55,774 bases of DNA. Origin: Candidatus Ornithomonoglobus sp. (GTDB lineage Bacteria > Bacillota > Clostridia > UBA1381). The notes beneath the pieces were generated by a model. The model worked only from the letters and a program-made list of their open reading frames with translations. It searched no databases and was not told the DNA's origin. Shown here in pieces: positions 46,431-53,334 of the stretch (position 1 is its first letter; each line of letters starts with the position of its first letter). The stretch lies in NCBI GenBank assembly GCA_045539555.1, contig JAZQFP010000019.1:1-55774 (forward strand), in the 5' to 3' direction. Made by a program: the position numbers and the translations under genes.

Positions 46431-46483
46431 ATTTCTGCCCTCTTTCATTTTTTGATTTTTTTGTTTTATTTGGTTTTGTTTTT

Positions 46484-46512
46484 ATTATACACGATTTTTT
46501 TGGTTTTGTAAA
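46484..46512 (-). promoter_or_regulatory. Proximal SigA-type promoter of the BMC operon
   Basis: TTTACA, 17-nt spacer, TATAAT, about 50 nt upstream of the aldolase ATG. Confidence 0.55.
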
Positions 46513-46558
46513 GCCTTTTTCCTAAAAAAACCGTCAAAGTTTTGGGGTTTTTGACCTC

Positions 46559-46575
46559 AAAATGTGTACACTTTT
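46559..46575. promoter_or_regulatory. Palindromic candidate operator
   Basis: AAAATGTGTACACTTTT with a perfect 8-bp palindromic core GTGTACAC (46564-46571). It lies between the two promoter-like elements. Confidence 0.35.
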
Positions 46576-46586
46576 AACATATTATC

Positions 46587-46615
46587 ATTCTACCACATTT
46601 TCCTTGATATTTCAA
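46587..46615 (-). promoter_or_regulatory. Distal SigA-type promoter-like element upstream of the BMC operon
   Basis: TTGAAA, 17-nt spacer, TAGAAT, with extended -10 TG (TGgTAGAAT). Confidence 0.45.
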
Positions 46616-46634
46616 GGGTTTTTTGTAAAAAATA

Positions 46635-46668
46635 AGGGGTAAATACCACATTTTGTGGTACTACCCCT
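46635..46668 (-). terminator. Intrinsic terminator after argH
   Basis: Minus strand reads AGGGGTAGTACCACAAAATGTGGTATTTACCCCT followed by TATTTTTT. Confidence 0.85.
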
Positions 46669-46677
46669 GACTTGTTA

Positions 46678-48060
46678 TTACTTTATACTATTTATGTACT
46701 TTTCTGCCTCGTTTATAGCCCTTAAAGTTACCGCTTTTGCAGGTCCGCCGATTACTGCTCTGTCATTTACACAAGTTTCCATTGAAACCGCCTCATAGAT
46801 GTCTTCCTCTATAATATCGGAGAAAGATTTCATTTCATCCATTGTAAGGTCATCTATCGACTTGTTATGCTCAATACAATAAAATACCATATTGCCGATA
46901 ACTGAATGTGCATCACGGAAAGGCAAACCTTTTTTAACAAGATAGTCCGCCGCATCAGTAGCGTTTGTAAAGCCACCCTTTGCACCTTCGTACATATTTA
47001 CCTTATTGACTTTCATTGTGCTTATCATATCACAGAATACGGGCAGACATAACTTAACTGTATCAATACTGTCAAAAATCTGCTCCTTATCCTCCTGCAT
47101 ATCCTTATTATATGCCAGAGGAATACCCTTCATCATTGTGAGAAGACCCATAAGGTTTCCATAAACTCTGCCCGTCTTGCCACGGATAAGCTCCGCAACA
47201 TCAGGGTTCTTTTTCTGGGGCATAATTGATGAGCCTGTTGAAAAAGCATCGTCCATCTCAACAAAAGAAAACTCGTTGCTTGACCACAAAATAAGTTCCT
47301 CAGAAAATCTGCTCATGTGCATCATAAGAATTGACAGACATGACGCAAGTTCCAAAACAAAATCTCGGTCAGAAACGCCATCTAATGAGTTCATTGTAAC
47401 TGCGTCAAAGCCAAGCTCCTTTGCAACAAACTCACGGTCAAGGGGATATGTTGTTCCCGCCAAAGCACCAGAGCCCAAGGGCATTACATTTGTTCTCTTA
47501 CGGCAATCGCAAAGTCTTTCGTAATCACGCTTGAACATTTCATAATATGCCATTGCGTGATGTGCAAAAGTTATAGGCTGAGCCTTTTGTAAATGTGTGT
47601 AACCTGGCATAATGGTATCTGTATTCTCTTTTGCAAGGTCGCAGAACACTTCCATTGTATGAACAAGCATTTCACAGATTTCCTGTGTTTCGTCCATAAG
47701 GTACATTCTTATGTCCAAAGCTACCTGGTCATTACGGCTTCTGCCTGTATGTAAACGCTTACCCGCATCTCCAATTCTATCGGTAAGAATTTTCTCTATG
47801 TTCATATGGATATCCTCGGCGTCAATAAGGAACTCCACCTTGCCGTTATCAATATCCTTTAATATATTTTTAAGCTCTGCCACAATTTTATCGGCATCTG
47901 CTTTTGGAATAATTCCCTGTTTTCCAAGCATTGTAGCGTGGGCAACAGAGCCTTTAATGTCCTGTTTATACATACGCTTATCAAAGCGAATGGATGAGTT
48001 GAAATCATCAACCTTTGTATCGGTGGACTTCCTGAATCGTCCGCCCCATAGTTTAGCCAT
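46678..48060 (-). CDS. argH: Argininosuccinate lyase
   Basis: 460 aa. MAKLWGGRF start, [10 protein letters not shown], and the signature [12 protein letters not shown]. Confidence 0.95.
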   Translation of the reverse strand: MAKLWGGRFRKSTDTKVDDFNSSIRFDKRMYKQDIKGSVAHATMLGKQGIIPKADADKIVAELKNILKDIDNGKVEFLIDAEDIHMNIEKILTDRIGDAGKRLHTGRSRNDQVALDIRMYLMDETQEICEMLVHTMEVFCDLAKENTDTIMPGYTHLQKAQPITFAHHAMAYYEMFKRDYERLCDCRKRTNVMPLGSGALAGTTYPLDREFVAKELGFDAVTMNSLDGVSDRDFVLELASCLSILMMHMSRFSEELILWSSNEFSFVEMDDAFSTGSSIMPQKKNPDVAELIRGKTGRVYGNLMGLLTMMKGIPLAYNKDMQEDKEQIFDSIDTVKLCLPVFCDMISTMKVNKVNMYEGAKGGFTNATDAADYLVKKGLPFRDAHSVIGNMVFYCIEHNKSIDDLTMDEMKSFSDIIEEDIYEAVSMETCVNDRAVIGGPAKAVTLRAINEAEKYINSIK

Positions 48061-48096
48061 TTAATATTTTCCTCCGTTTCGGATAGTATATGTAAT

Positions 48097-48125
48097 ATAA
48101 TACCATAGGTTTTGAAAAAATGCAA
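48097..48125 (-). promoter_or_regulatory. Candidate argH promoter
   Basis: TTGCAT, 17-nt spacer, TATTAT, with TGg at the extended -10. Confidence 0.5.
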
Positions 48126-48137
48126 TAGTTTACTCTA

Positions 48138-48416
48138 TTACCCACCTACACAACAGGCTATGCTCCCGCCTACGATAAATATAATCAATCCTACAATCGC
48201 AAAGGATAGCGGGACATAAAATGCCTTATTGGAAACTCCCTTGAAATATTTTATTATCAACAAGGCAATTACCATAATAATTGCAATGACAATTGGAATT
48301 ATTGCATATTCCCCATAGCCAAGATGATTTTTAACACGATTTTCAATGATTGTCATACAGTAAATCAACCATGCAACAGGCAGGACAAATGATATTGTAT
48401 AAATCGTTTTCTTCAT
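48138..48416 (-). CDS. Hypothetical small membrane protein (about 3 TM)
   Basis: 92 aa from ATG 48416, behind GGGAGG. The start is 1 nt after the upstream stop (TAAAATG). Ends in CCVGG. No family recognised. Confidence 0.55.
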   Translation of the reverse strand: MKKTIYTISFVLPVAWLIYCMTIIENRVKNHLGYGEYAIIPIVIAIIMVIALLIIKYFKGVSNKAFYVPLSFAIVGLIIFIVGGSIACCVGG

Positions 48417-48417
48417 T

Positions 48418-48810
48418 TTAACCTCCCACATTTCTGTTTCTCGTTTTGTTAACAGTAAATTTTATCAAATAAGCAGTAACAGTAATCACTATTCCACATA
48501 AAATATGATCTATCGTGATAGCGGCTACTGCATAATGTTCGTCAGACATGTGGGAACCAGTTTCCAGATACATCTGTCCGCTTATAAAAATTCCACACGC
48601 CAATGATGTCGTTAAAATCAGATTTCTCATAAGAAATTCTTTTATCTGCTTTGAAAAAAGATTATATATTGTAAAAACAACAAAAATTAACAATGTTATC
48701 CATGTGTCTAAATCAACAAGAAAAATATCCTTTTGGGACATTGTAATATAATAATATGTAACCCAAACAAAAAGAGGTAAAATATTGATTATTACGTGTT
48801 TTGGTTTCAT
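48418..48810 (-). CDS. Hypothetical small membrane protein (about 4 TM)
   Basis: 130 aa from ATG 48810, behind AGGAGG; the track start is 48840. No family recognised. Confidence 0.55.
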   Translation of the reverse strand: MKPKHVIINILPLFVWVTYYYITMSQKDIFLVDLDTWITLLIFVVFTIYNLFSKQIKEFLMRNLILTTSLACGIFISGQMYLETGSHMSDEHYAVAAITIDHILCGIVITVTAYLIKFTVNKTRNRNVGG

Positions 48811-48852
48811 TTTTTCCTCCTGCCAAGCCCTCATTTTCAAAGCTTACTATCT

Positions 48853-49200
48853 TTATTCAATTGGTTCAAATCGGAATTCTTCGTTCAGATATTCCTCCAA
48901 AGTCCCATCAATTCTGTTAAATCTATGTGTTCCTGATGATAATTTCAAGTTGTTAGCCTTCATATATAATGAAATGGTTTTTCTTATGGGCTCTTCGATT
49001 TGACTTAAAGCCTCATATCTTTCAGGAACATCTATAAATACTGTATGGTCTGCAATTTCATTTTCATCTACTACTATCTCATTATAATCTTTTGACATTT
49101 CATGTTCCATTGTTGATGACCAATGATAAATCATTCCGACATAAAACGAAAAAACAAGTGTTATACACCACACAATTCCAACAACTATATTTTTCTTCAC
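48853..49200 (-). CDS. Hypothetical N-terminally anchored small protein
   Basis: One TM helix (IVVGIVWCITLVFSFYVGMIY) followed by an acidic ~85-aa domain. GTG 49200 lies 6 nt behind GAGGTG; the track start is GTG 49209. Confidence 0.5.
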   Translation of the reverse strand: MKKNIVVGIVWCITLVFSFYVGMIYHWSSTMEHEMSKDYNEIVVDENEIADHTVFIDVPERYEALSQIEEPIRKTISLYMKANNLKLSSGTHRFNRIDGTLEEYLNEEFRFEPIE

Positions 49201-49230
49201 AATGTTCACCTCACAACACCATATATTTCA

Positions 49231-49259
49231 ATTATATCATACCAACAAACTTATTTCAA
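49231..49259 (-). promoter_or_regulatory. Near-consensus SigA promoter for the three small membrane-protein genes
   Basis: TTGAAA, 17-nt spacer, TATAAT, with extended -10 (TGaTATAAT). Confidence 0.6.
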
Positions 49260-49261
49260 CT

Positions 49262-49300
49262 AAAAACCCGATGGAGTTATTCCATCGGGTTTTATTTTTT
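49262..49300. terminator. Terminator hairpin after the GH127-like gene (copy 1 of a duplicated hairpin)
   Basis: AAACCCGATGGA-GTTAT-TCCATCGGGTTT: a 12-bp perfect stem flanked by A and T runs. Confidence 0.8.
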
Positions 49301-50585
49301 AATTAAATACAATCTGCATTTTAATGTTCTGTGCTACATCGCGGGGTATTTTCCAGAAAGGAAGAATGGGACATAGCTTATGTCCATCACATTCTACAAC
49401 CGTCTCTGCATACTCTAAATACTTGTCCTCTACCTCTCCATATATAATGTCTCCATCAAAGTAGATGTTATTCTCATTCTTTGTAAGCTTTCCCGTAGTC
49501 TCTGCATAAAGCAAATCTGAGTTTTCCTTTATATACCAAAGTCCTTCTGCAAGGCGCATTGAACAGCAAAACTCTGCCTCAAACATTGTCCCGCCAAGGT
49601 AGTCGACACCGCCCTCGCAAACAAGGGTGTCTGGACCTGCACCGCCGTTATCCCTCTGCATACTCTTAACTGCATTATGATAAATTCGAGCCGTAACCTT
49701 TCGTGTCATTTCATCCTTTGTTGCCTTAAATATTTCACTTCCAAGCATAACTGAGTCAACAATAGCACAGGGCTCTGACCATGAATCAGGTCTGCCCCAC
49801 CAGTTAAGGTTGTGATATGTATATGACATTCCGCCGTGATTTACATATAAATCAAAGATTGTTTTTGCTCCGTCAAGATACTTTTTATCCTGAGTTACAC
49901 TATACATTCTCATCATACCTCTTGCAGATGTCAATGTACAATGGGTCTGAACTCTCAACTTTAACTTGTCAATAGAAAGATATATTTCTATCATCTCATC
50001 AAGAAGCTTTTTTACTTTGTCATTCTTTGTTACCTCATAAGCATGAGACAAACCGTCAATGCTCATAAATGCACAACCTACATCACTTGACAACACCCAG
50101 CCGTTTATGTTGCCTAAGCTTTCGCCACTTACATCTCCCACTTTTGACGCCTCGCGGTCCACGGGATATGTGTTGATTTTTCCCAATAAGGGAAGATATA
50201 GATTTTCTACTACATTATTTATATGTTCTAATGCACGGTTATCATCAAATGCCTCATAATACTCACACAAACCGCGCAACAACCATGAATGACCTGATAA
50301 CTGCTGTTCATGGATAATATCGTCAAATATTTCACCGATATAACCTTTACTGTTTATCTTTTCAGGCATCAGTGCCATCATCTCTTCCATACAGGGAATT
50401 TTTCTGCCACTCATTTTATAATGAGATACAAAAGCAAGAAGTGCTCGTCCCTCTTTATCTCCGTACCAGTCGTAGTCTGCGGGAGGGAATACCTCATCTA
50501 TCATATAGTATTTATCATTGCTAAGTCTGTTAAAATTAAGCTCAATACGATCTTTAAGCTCTGTTTCATTTATGTTAATTCTCAT
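49299..50585 (-). CDS. Hypothetical protein, possibly a GH127/DUF1680-like (beta-L-arabinofuranosidase family) catalytic domain without C-terminal domains
   Basis: 428 aa, no signal peptide. E-x-C (WSEPCA) and a C-C pair (AEFCCSMR) lie 67 aa apart, resembling the Glu-Cys...Cys-Cys Zn/nucleophile arrangement I recall for GH127. The helical-repeat character fits an alpha/alpha barrel. Assignment is by eye only. Confidence 0.4.
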   Translation of the reverse strand: MRININETELKDRIELNFNRLSNDKYYMIDEVFPPADYDWYGDKEGRALLAFVSHYKMSGRKIPCMEEMMALMPEKINSKGYIGEIFDDIIHEQQLSGHSWLLRGLCEYYEAFDDNRALEHINNVVENLYLPLLGKINTYPVDREASKVGDVSGESLGNINGWVLSSDVGCAFMSIDGLSHAYEVTKNDKVKKLLDEMIEIYLSIDKLKLRVQTHCTLTSARGMMRMYSVTQDKKYLDGAKTIFDLYVNHGGMSYTYHNLNWWGRPDSWSEPCAIVDSVMLGSEIFKATKDEMTRKVTARIYHNAVKSMQRDNGGAGPDTLVCEGGVDYLGGTMFEAEFCCSMRLAEGLWYIKENSDLLYAETTGKLTKNENNIYFDGDIIYGEVEDKYLEYAETVVECDGHKLCPILPFWKIPRDVAQNIKMQIVFN

Positions 50586-50668
50586 GACTTCTGTCTCCTG
50601 ACAATTACTTTTTAGTATAAGTAGATTATAACATGATTATCCTTAAAAAACAACCCCATTTTAACAGA

Positions 50669-50700
50669 AAACCCGATGGAATTATTCTTCCATCGGGTTT
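50669..50700. repeat. Copy 2 of the AAACCCGATGGA...TCCATCGGGTTT hairpin; likely terminator of the CDF gene
   Basis: AAACCCGATGGA-ATTATTCT-TCCATCGGGTTT. On the minus-strand transcript its 5' arm and part of the loop encode the last residues and stop of the CDF protein (..NPMEE*). Confidence 0.7.
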
Positions 50701-51548
50701 ACATGTACCATACAATGTTTTACATTGTCTATTTTATTTTCTATATTGTCATGAACCTGCTCTGCAATTTTGTGAGCTTCAAGCAAACTGATGTTTCCGT
50801 CCTCGGCAATTTCCAAATCAACATATATTTTTGAGCCAAAACGGCGCGTCATAAGTGAGTCAATTCTCTTAACTCCCTCAATTTCCATTATACAATTTTT
50901 AATTTCTTCAACCTCTTCATCGCTACAAGCTCTGTCAACTAATCGGTTAACTGCATCCATAAATATGTCATAGGCTGCCTTTGCAATAAAGATACATATT
51001 ACAATACTTGCAATTGGCTCACAAATTTTATAGCCTAATAATGCACCACCGATACCAATAAGTGAGCCCACTGACGATAGCGCGTCAGAGCGATGATGCC
51101 ACGCGTCTGCCATCATAGATGATGAATCAATCTTAATGGCTGTTCTTTTAGTATAATGATACATCAATTCCTTAACAACAATGGATAATCCTGCAATATA
51201 CAGGGTTATTTTTGAGGGGATTTCAATCTCCGCACCTGTTATAATAATCTTAACGGCAGAAATACCTATTCCTATACCCGTTGCAAAAAGCATAATGGCA
51301 AGAATAATCGAAAAAATACATTCTATTCTCTCGTGGCCGTAGGGATGGTCATCATCTGACTTCTTCGCAGACATATTTATTCCAATCATAACCGCAACGG
51401 TTGAAACCACATCCGATGCAGAGTGTACCGCGTCCGATACCAACGCCTGAGAGTTTCCTATAAAACCCACTACAAATTTTAACGCCGATAGTATGAGATT
51501 TACAATTATTGTGGTTATTGAAACCTTGTTTGCAAGTTTTTTATCCAT
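50682..51548 (-). CDS. Cation diffusion facilitator (CDF) family divalent-metal efflux transporter
   Basis: 288 aa. Six TM helices with HSASDVVS and DAWHHRSDALSS metal-site motifs. C-terminal cytoplasmic domain. Confidence 0.88.
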   Translation of the reverse strand: MDKKLANKVSITTIIVNLILSALKFVVGFIGNSQALVSDAVHSASDVVSTVAVMIGINMSAKKSDDDHPYGHERIECIFSIILAIMLFATGIGIGISAVKIIITGAEIEIPSKITLYIAGLSIVVKELMYHYTKRTAIKIDSSSMMADAWHHRSDALSSVGSLIGIGGALLGYKICEPIASIVICIFIAKAAYDIFMDAVNRLVDRACSDEEVEEIKNCIMEIEGVKRIDSLMTRRFGSKIYVDLEIAEDGNISLLEAHKIAEQVHDNIENKIDNVKHCMVHVNPMEE

Positions 51549-51700
51549 ATAAAAATCCTCCTTGTCTTACGGGAATAGTGCGTTTTCCACCGTCCCGCAA
51601 AAGCCAAAGAGGATTTTTGCTGTTGTTTTCACAACCCGACCACACGCTTTCGCGCTGTCTGTTCAGTATATTCCGCTTTTTTAGTATGGGTGGAATTACC
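51549..51700 (-). promoter_or_regulatory. Structured 5' leader with an SD-sequestering helix (candidate metal-responsive riboswitch; class unassigned)
   Basis: In the minus-strand RNA, AAAAAUCCUCUUUG (51618-51605) can pair over 14 positions (one G-U) with CAAGGAGGAUUUUU (51564-51551), which contains the SD. Upstream are two GAAA-capped hairpins (CGC-GAAA-GCG at 51645-51654 and GUUGU-GAAA-ACAAC at 51622-51635). A CGGGA...UCCCG stem lies between the two arms. Confidence 0.45.
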
Positions 51701-51753
51701 CATAATTATCCCTGTGTTATATTACGTAACATCAAGAATTTTTGTTAACGCTA

Positions 51754-53211
51754 TTATTTCTCAACAGAAATTGTCTGTGTCTCGTGGATGTAGCCAACCT
51801 TTGCACCAAGCTGCTCTGAGATAAATCTTAGAGGAATCATTGTAAAACCGTTCTCTGTTAGCTCGGGAGCCTCTTCAAGAGCCATTTCCTTACCGTTAAC
51901 AGTTGCAGTCTTTGAGTCAATTGTTACAACGATTGTCTTGTCGCCAAGAACAACTGTTACTGTCTTTGTGTCGCCATCCCAGTTAACCTCTGCACCAAAT
52001 GCCTCTGAGATTACTCTCATGGGAACAAGAGTTACACCAACACCTGCGATGTAAGGCTTCTCAACCTCGATAACCTCGCCGTTTACATTGATTGCGCTGT
52101 CGCCAATGTTAAACTTAACGCTTACACTGTCTGTTGCCTCGGGAAGTACCTCTGCAACCTCAACAACCTTAATGGGTGCTGTCTGTGCAGGAATGCTCAT
52201 TGTCATCATATTGTAGAATACAAGAAGCTTCTTACCTGCATACTCCTCTGCCTTCTCCATATTTAGAACAAGGTCGCCGTCTGCTGATAGTAGCTGACCC
52301 TCTACCATGTTAAATGTATCAAGATATACTGATGTCTGTGCATCCTCGTTTGTAACAACGATTACAGCTGCTTCCTTAATGTCTCTTGACATAAGGGGTG
52401 ATTTTGACATAACGATTACCATATCGTCTGCTTTAACTGCCTCTGCCTTCTCACCGTCAATTGTGTAAAGAAGAGTTGCATCTGTTGTTGCAAAAGTAAC
52501 TGTCATCTCATCGATTACAACATCAACTGAACCCTCGTTAACTGCTGCAACCTTACCTGCATGTCTGTAATATGAAGGAATAACCTCCTCGGGAGTTGCA
52601 ATGTCCTCAACGGGCTCCCCTGCTTCTGTCTCTTCAACAACTACAACCTTAAAAGCTACTGCCTGAGCAGGAATGCTCATTGTCATCATATCATAGAATA
52701 CAAGTAGCTTTTTACCTGCATACTCTTCTGCATTCTCAACATTCAGAACAAGTTCGCCGTCTGCTGATAGCAGCTGATCTTCGTCCATATTGAATGTGTC
52801 AAGATATATTGAAGCTTGTGCTTCTGCATTTGTGATAACGATTGCCTCTGCCGTTTTAATGTCTCTTGACATAAGGGGTGACTGTGATGCAACGATTACC
52901 ATATCACCTGCCTTAACTTCCTCTACTTCTTCGCCGTCAATTGTGTAAACAAGAGTAGAATCTGTTGTTGCAAATGTAACTGTCATGCCATCAATTGTAA
53001 CATCAATTAAGTTCTCCGCTACCGCCTCAACTGTTCCTTTGTGCTGATAGTATGAGGGAATTGCCAACTCATCAGTTGTAGCCACATCCTCAACTACGGG
53101 CTCTGAAATCATCATAATGTCGCCCTGGATAATACCCTCTGTTGTTGCCATTGCGGGTACTGCTGCTGCAAACATTGATGCAGCCATTAGAATTGAAATA
53201 ATCTTCTTCAT
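51754..53211 (-). CDS. Secreted protein: signal peptide, two ~160-aa tandem repeats, C-terminal copper-amine-oxidase-N-terminal-like (stalk) domain
   Basis: MKKIISILMAASMFAAAVPAMA signal. Repeats each begin IPSYY(Q/R)H.G.V. C-terminal VTLVPMRVISEAFGAEVNWDGDTKTVTV ... FTMIPLRFISEQLGAKVGY. Confidence 0.75.
   Translation of the reverse strand: MKKIISILMAASMFAAAVPAMATTEGIIQGDIMMISEPVVEDVATTDELAIPSYYQHKGTVEAVAENLIDVTIDGMTVTFATTDSTLVYTIDGEEVEEVKAGDMVIVASQSPLMSRDIKTAEAIVITNAEAQASIYLDTFNMDEDQLLSADGELVLNVENAEEYAGKKLLVFYDMMTMSIPAQAVAFKVVVVEETEAGEPVEDIATPEEVIPSYYRHAGKVAAVNEGSVDVVIDEMTVTFATTDATLLYTIDGEKAEAVKADDMVIVMSKSPLMSRDIKEAAVIVVTNEDAQTSVYLDTFNMVEGQLLSADGDLVLNMEKAEEYAGKKLLVFYNMMTMSIPAQTAPIKVVEVAEVLPEATDSVSVKFNIGDSAINVNGEVIEVEKPYIAGVGVTLVPMRVISEAFGAEVNWDGDTKTVTVVLGDKTIVVTIDSKTATVNGKEMALEEAPELTENGFTMIPLRFISEQLGAKVGYIHETQTISVEK
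52144..53103. repeat. Two-copy tandem duplication, 480-bp period, inside the secreted-protein gene
   Basis: Example: 52188-52250 (gcaggaatgctcattgtcatcatattgtagaatacaag...) recurs at 52668-52730 with few substitutions. Long identical blocks such as gtctcttgacataaggggtga and cgccgtctgctgatag sit at a +480 offset. Confidence 0.85.
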
Positions 53212-53334
53212 ATTAGTATCTCCTTTATGTTTTTCTTTGCGCTTCTTTGGCGCTTACATACTTAATACGATTGAACATCGCAAAAGGTTGCATAAAATTA
53301 AAAATTTTTTATATATTTTATAGAGGTGATTATT

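Noticed and set aside
37865-46448. Classifying the BMC locus as PDU, EUT or a glycyl-radical (GRM) type because of the pduL/pduS/pduT-like genes
   Set aside because: No pduCDE-, eutBC- or pyruvate-formate-lyase-like ORF, nor an activase, exists anywhere in the 55.8-kb window. The Pdu-style names here only denote protein families.
51685-51704. Hairpin TATGGGT-GGAATT-ACCCATA as the terminator of the secreted-protein gene
   Set aside because: On the minus strand it is followed by an A-run, and on the plus strand the T-run precedes it. It therefore fits an intrinsic terminator on neither strand.
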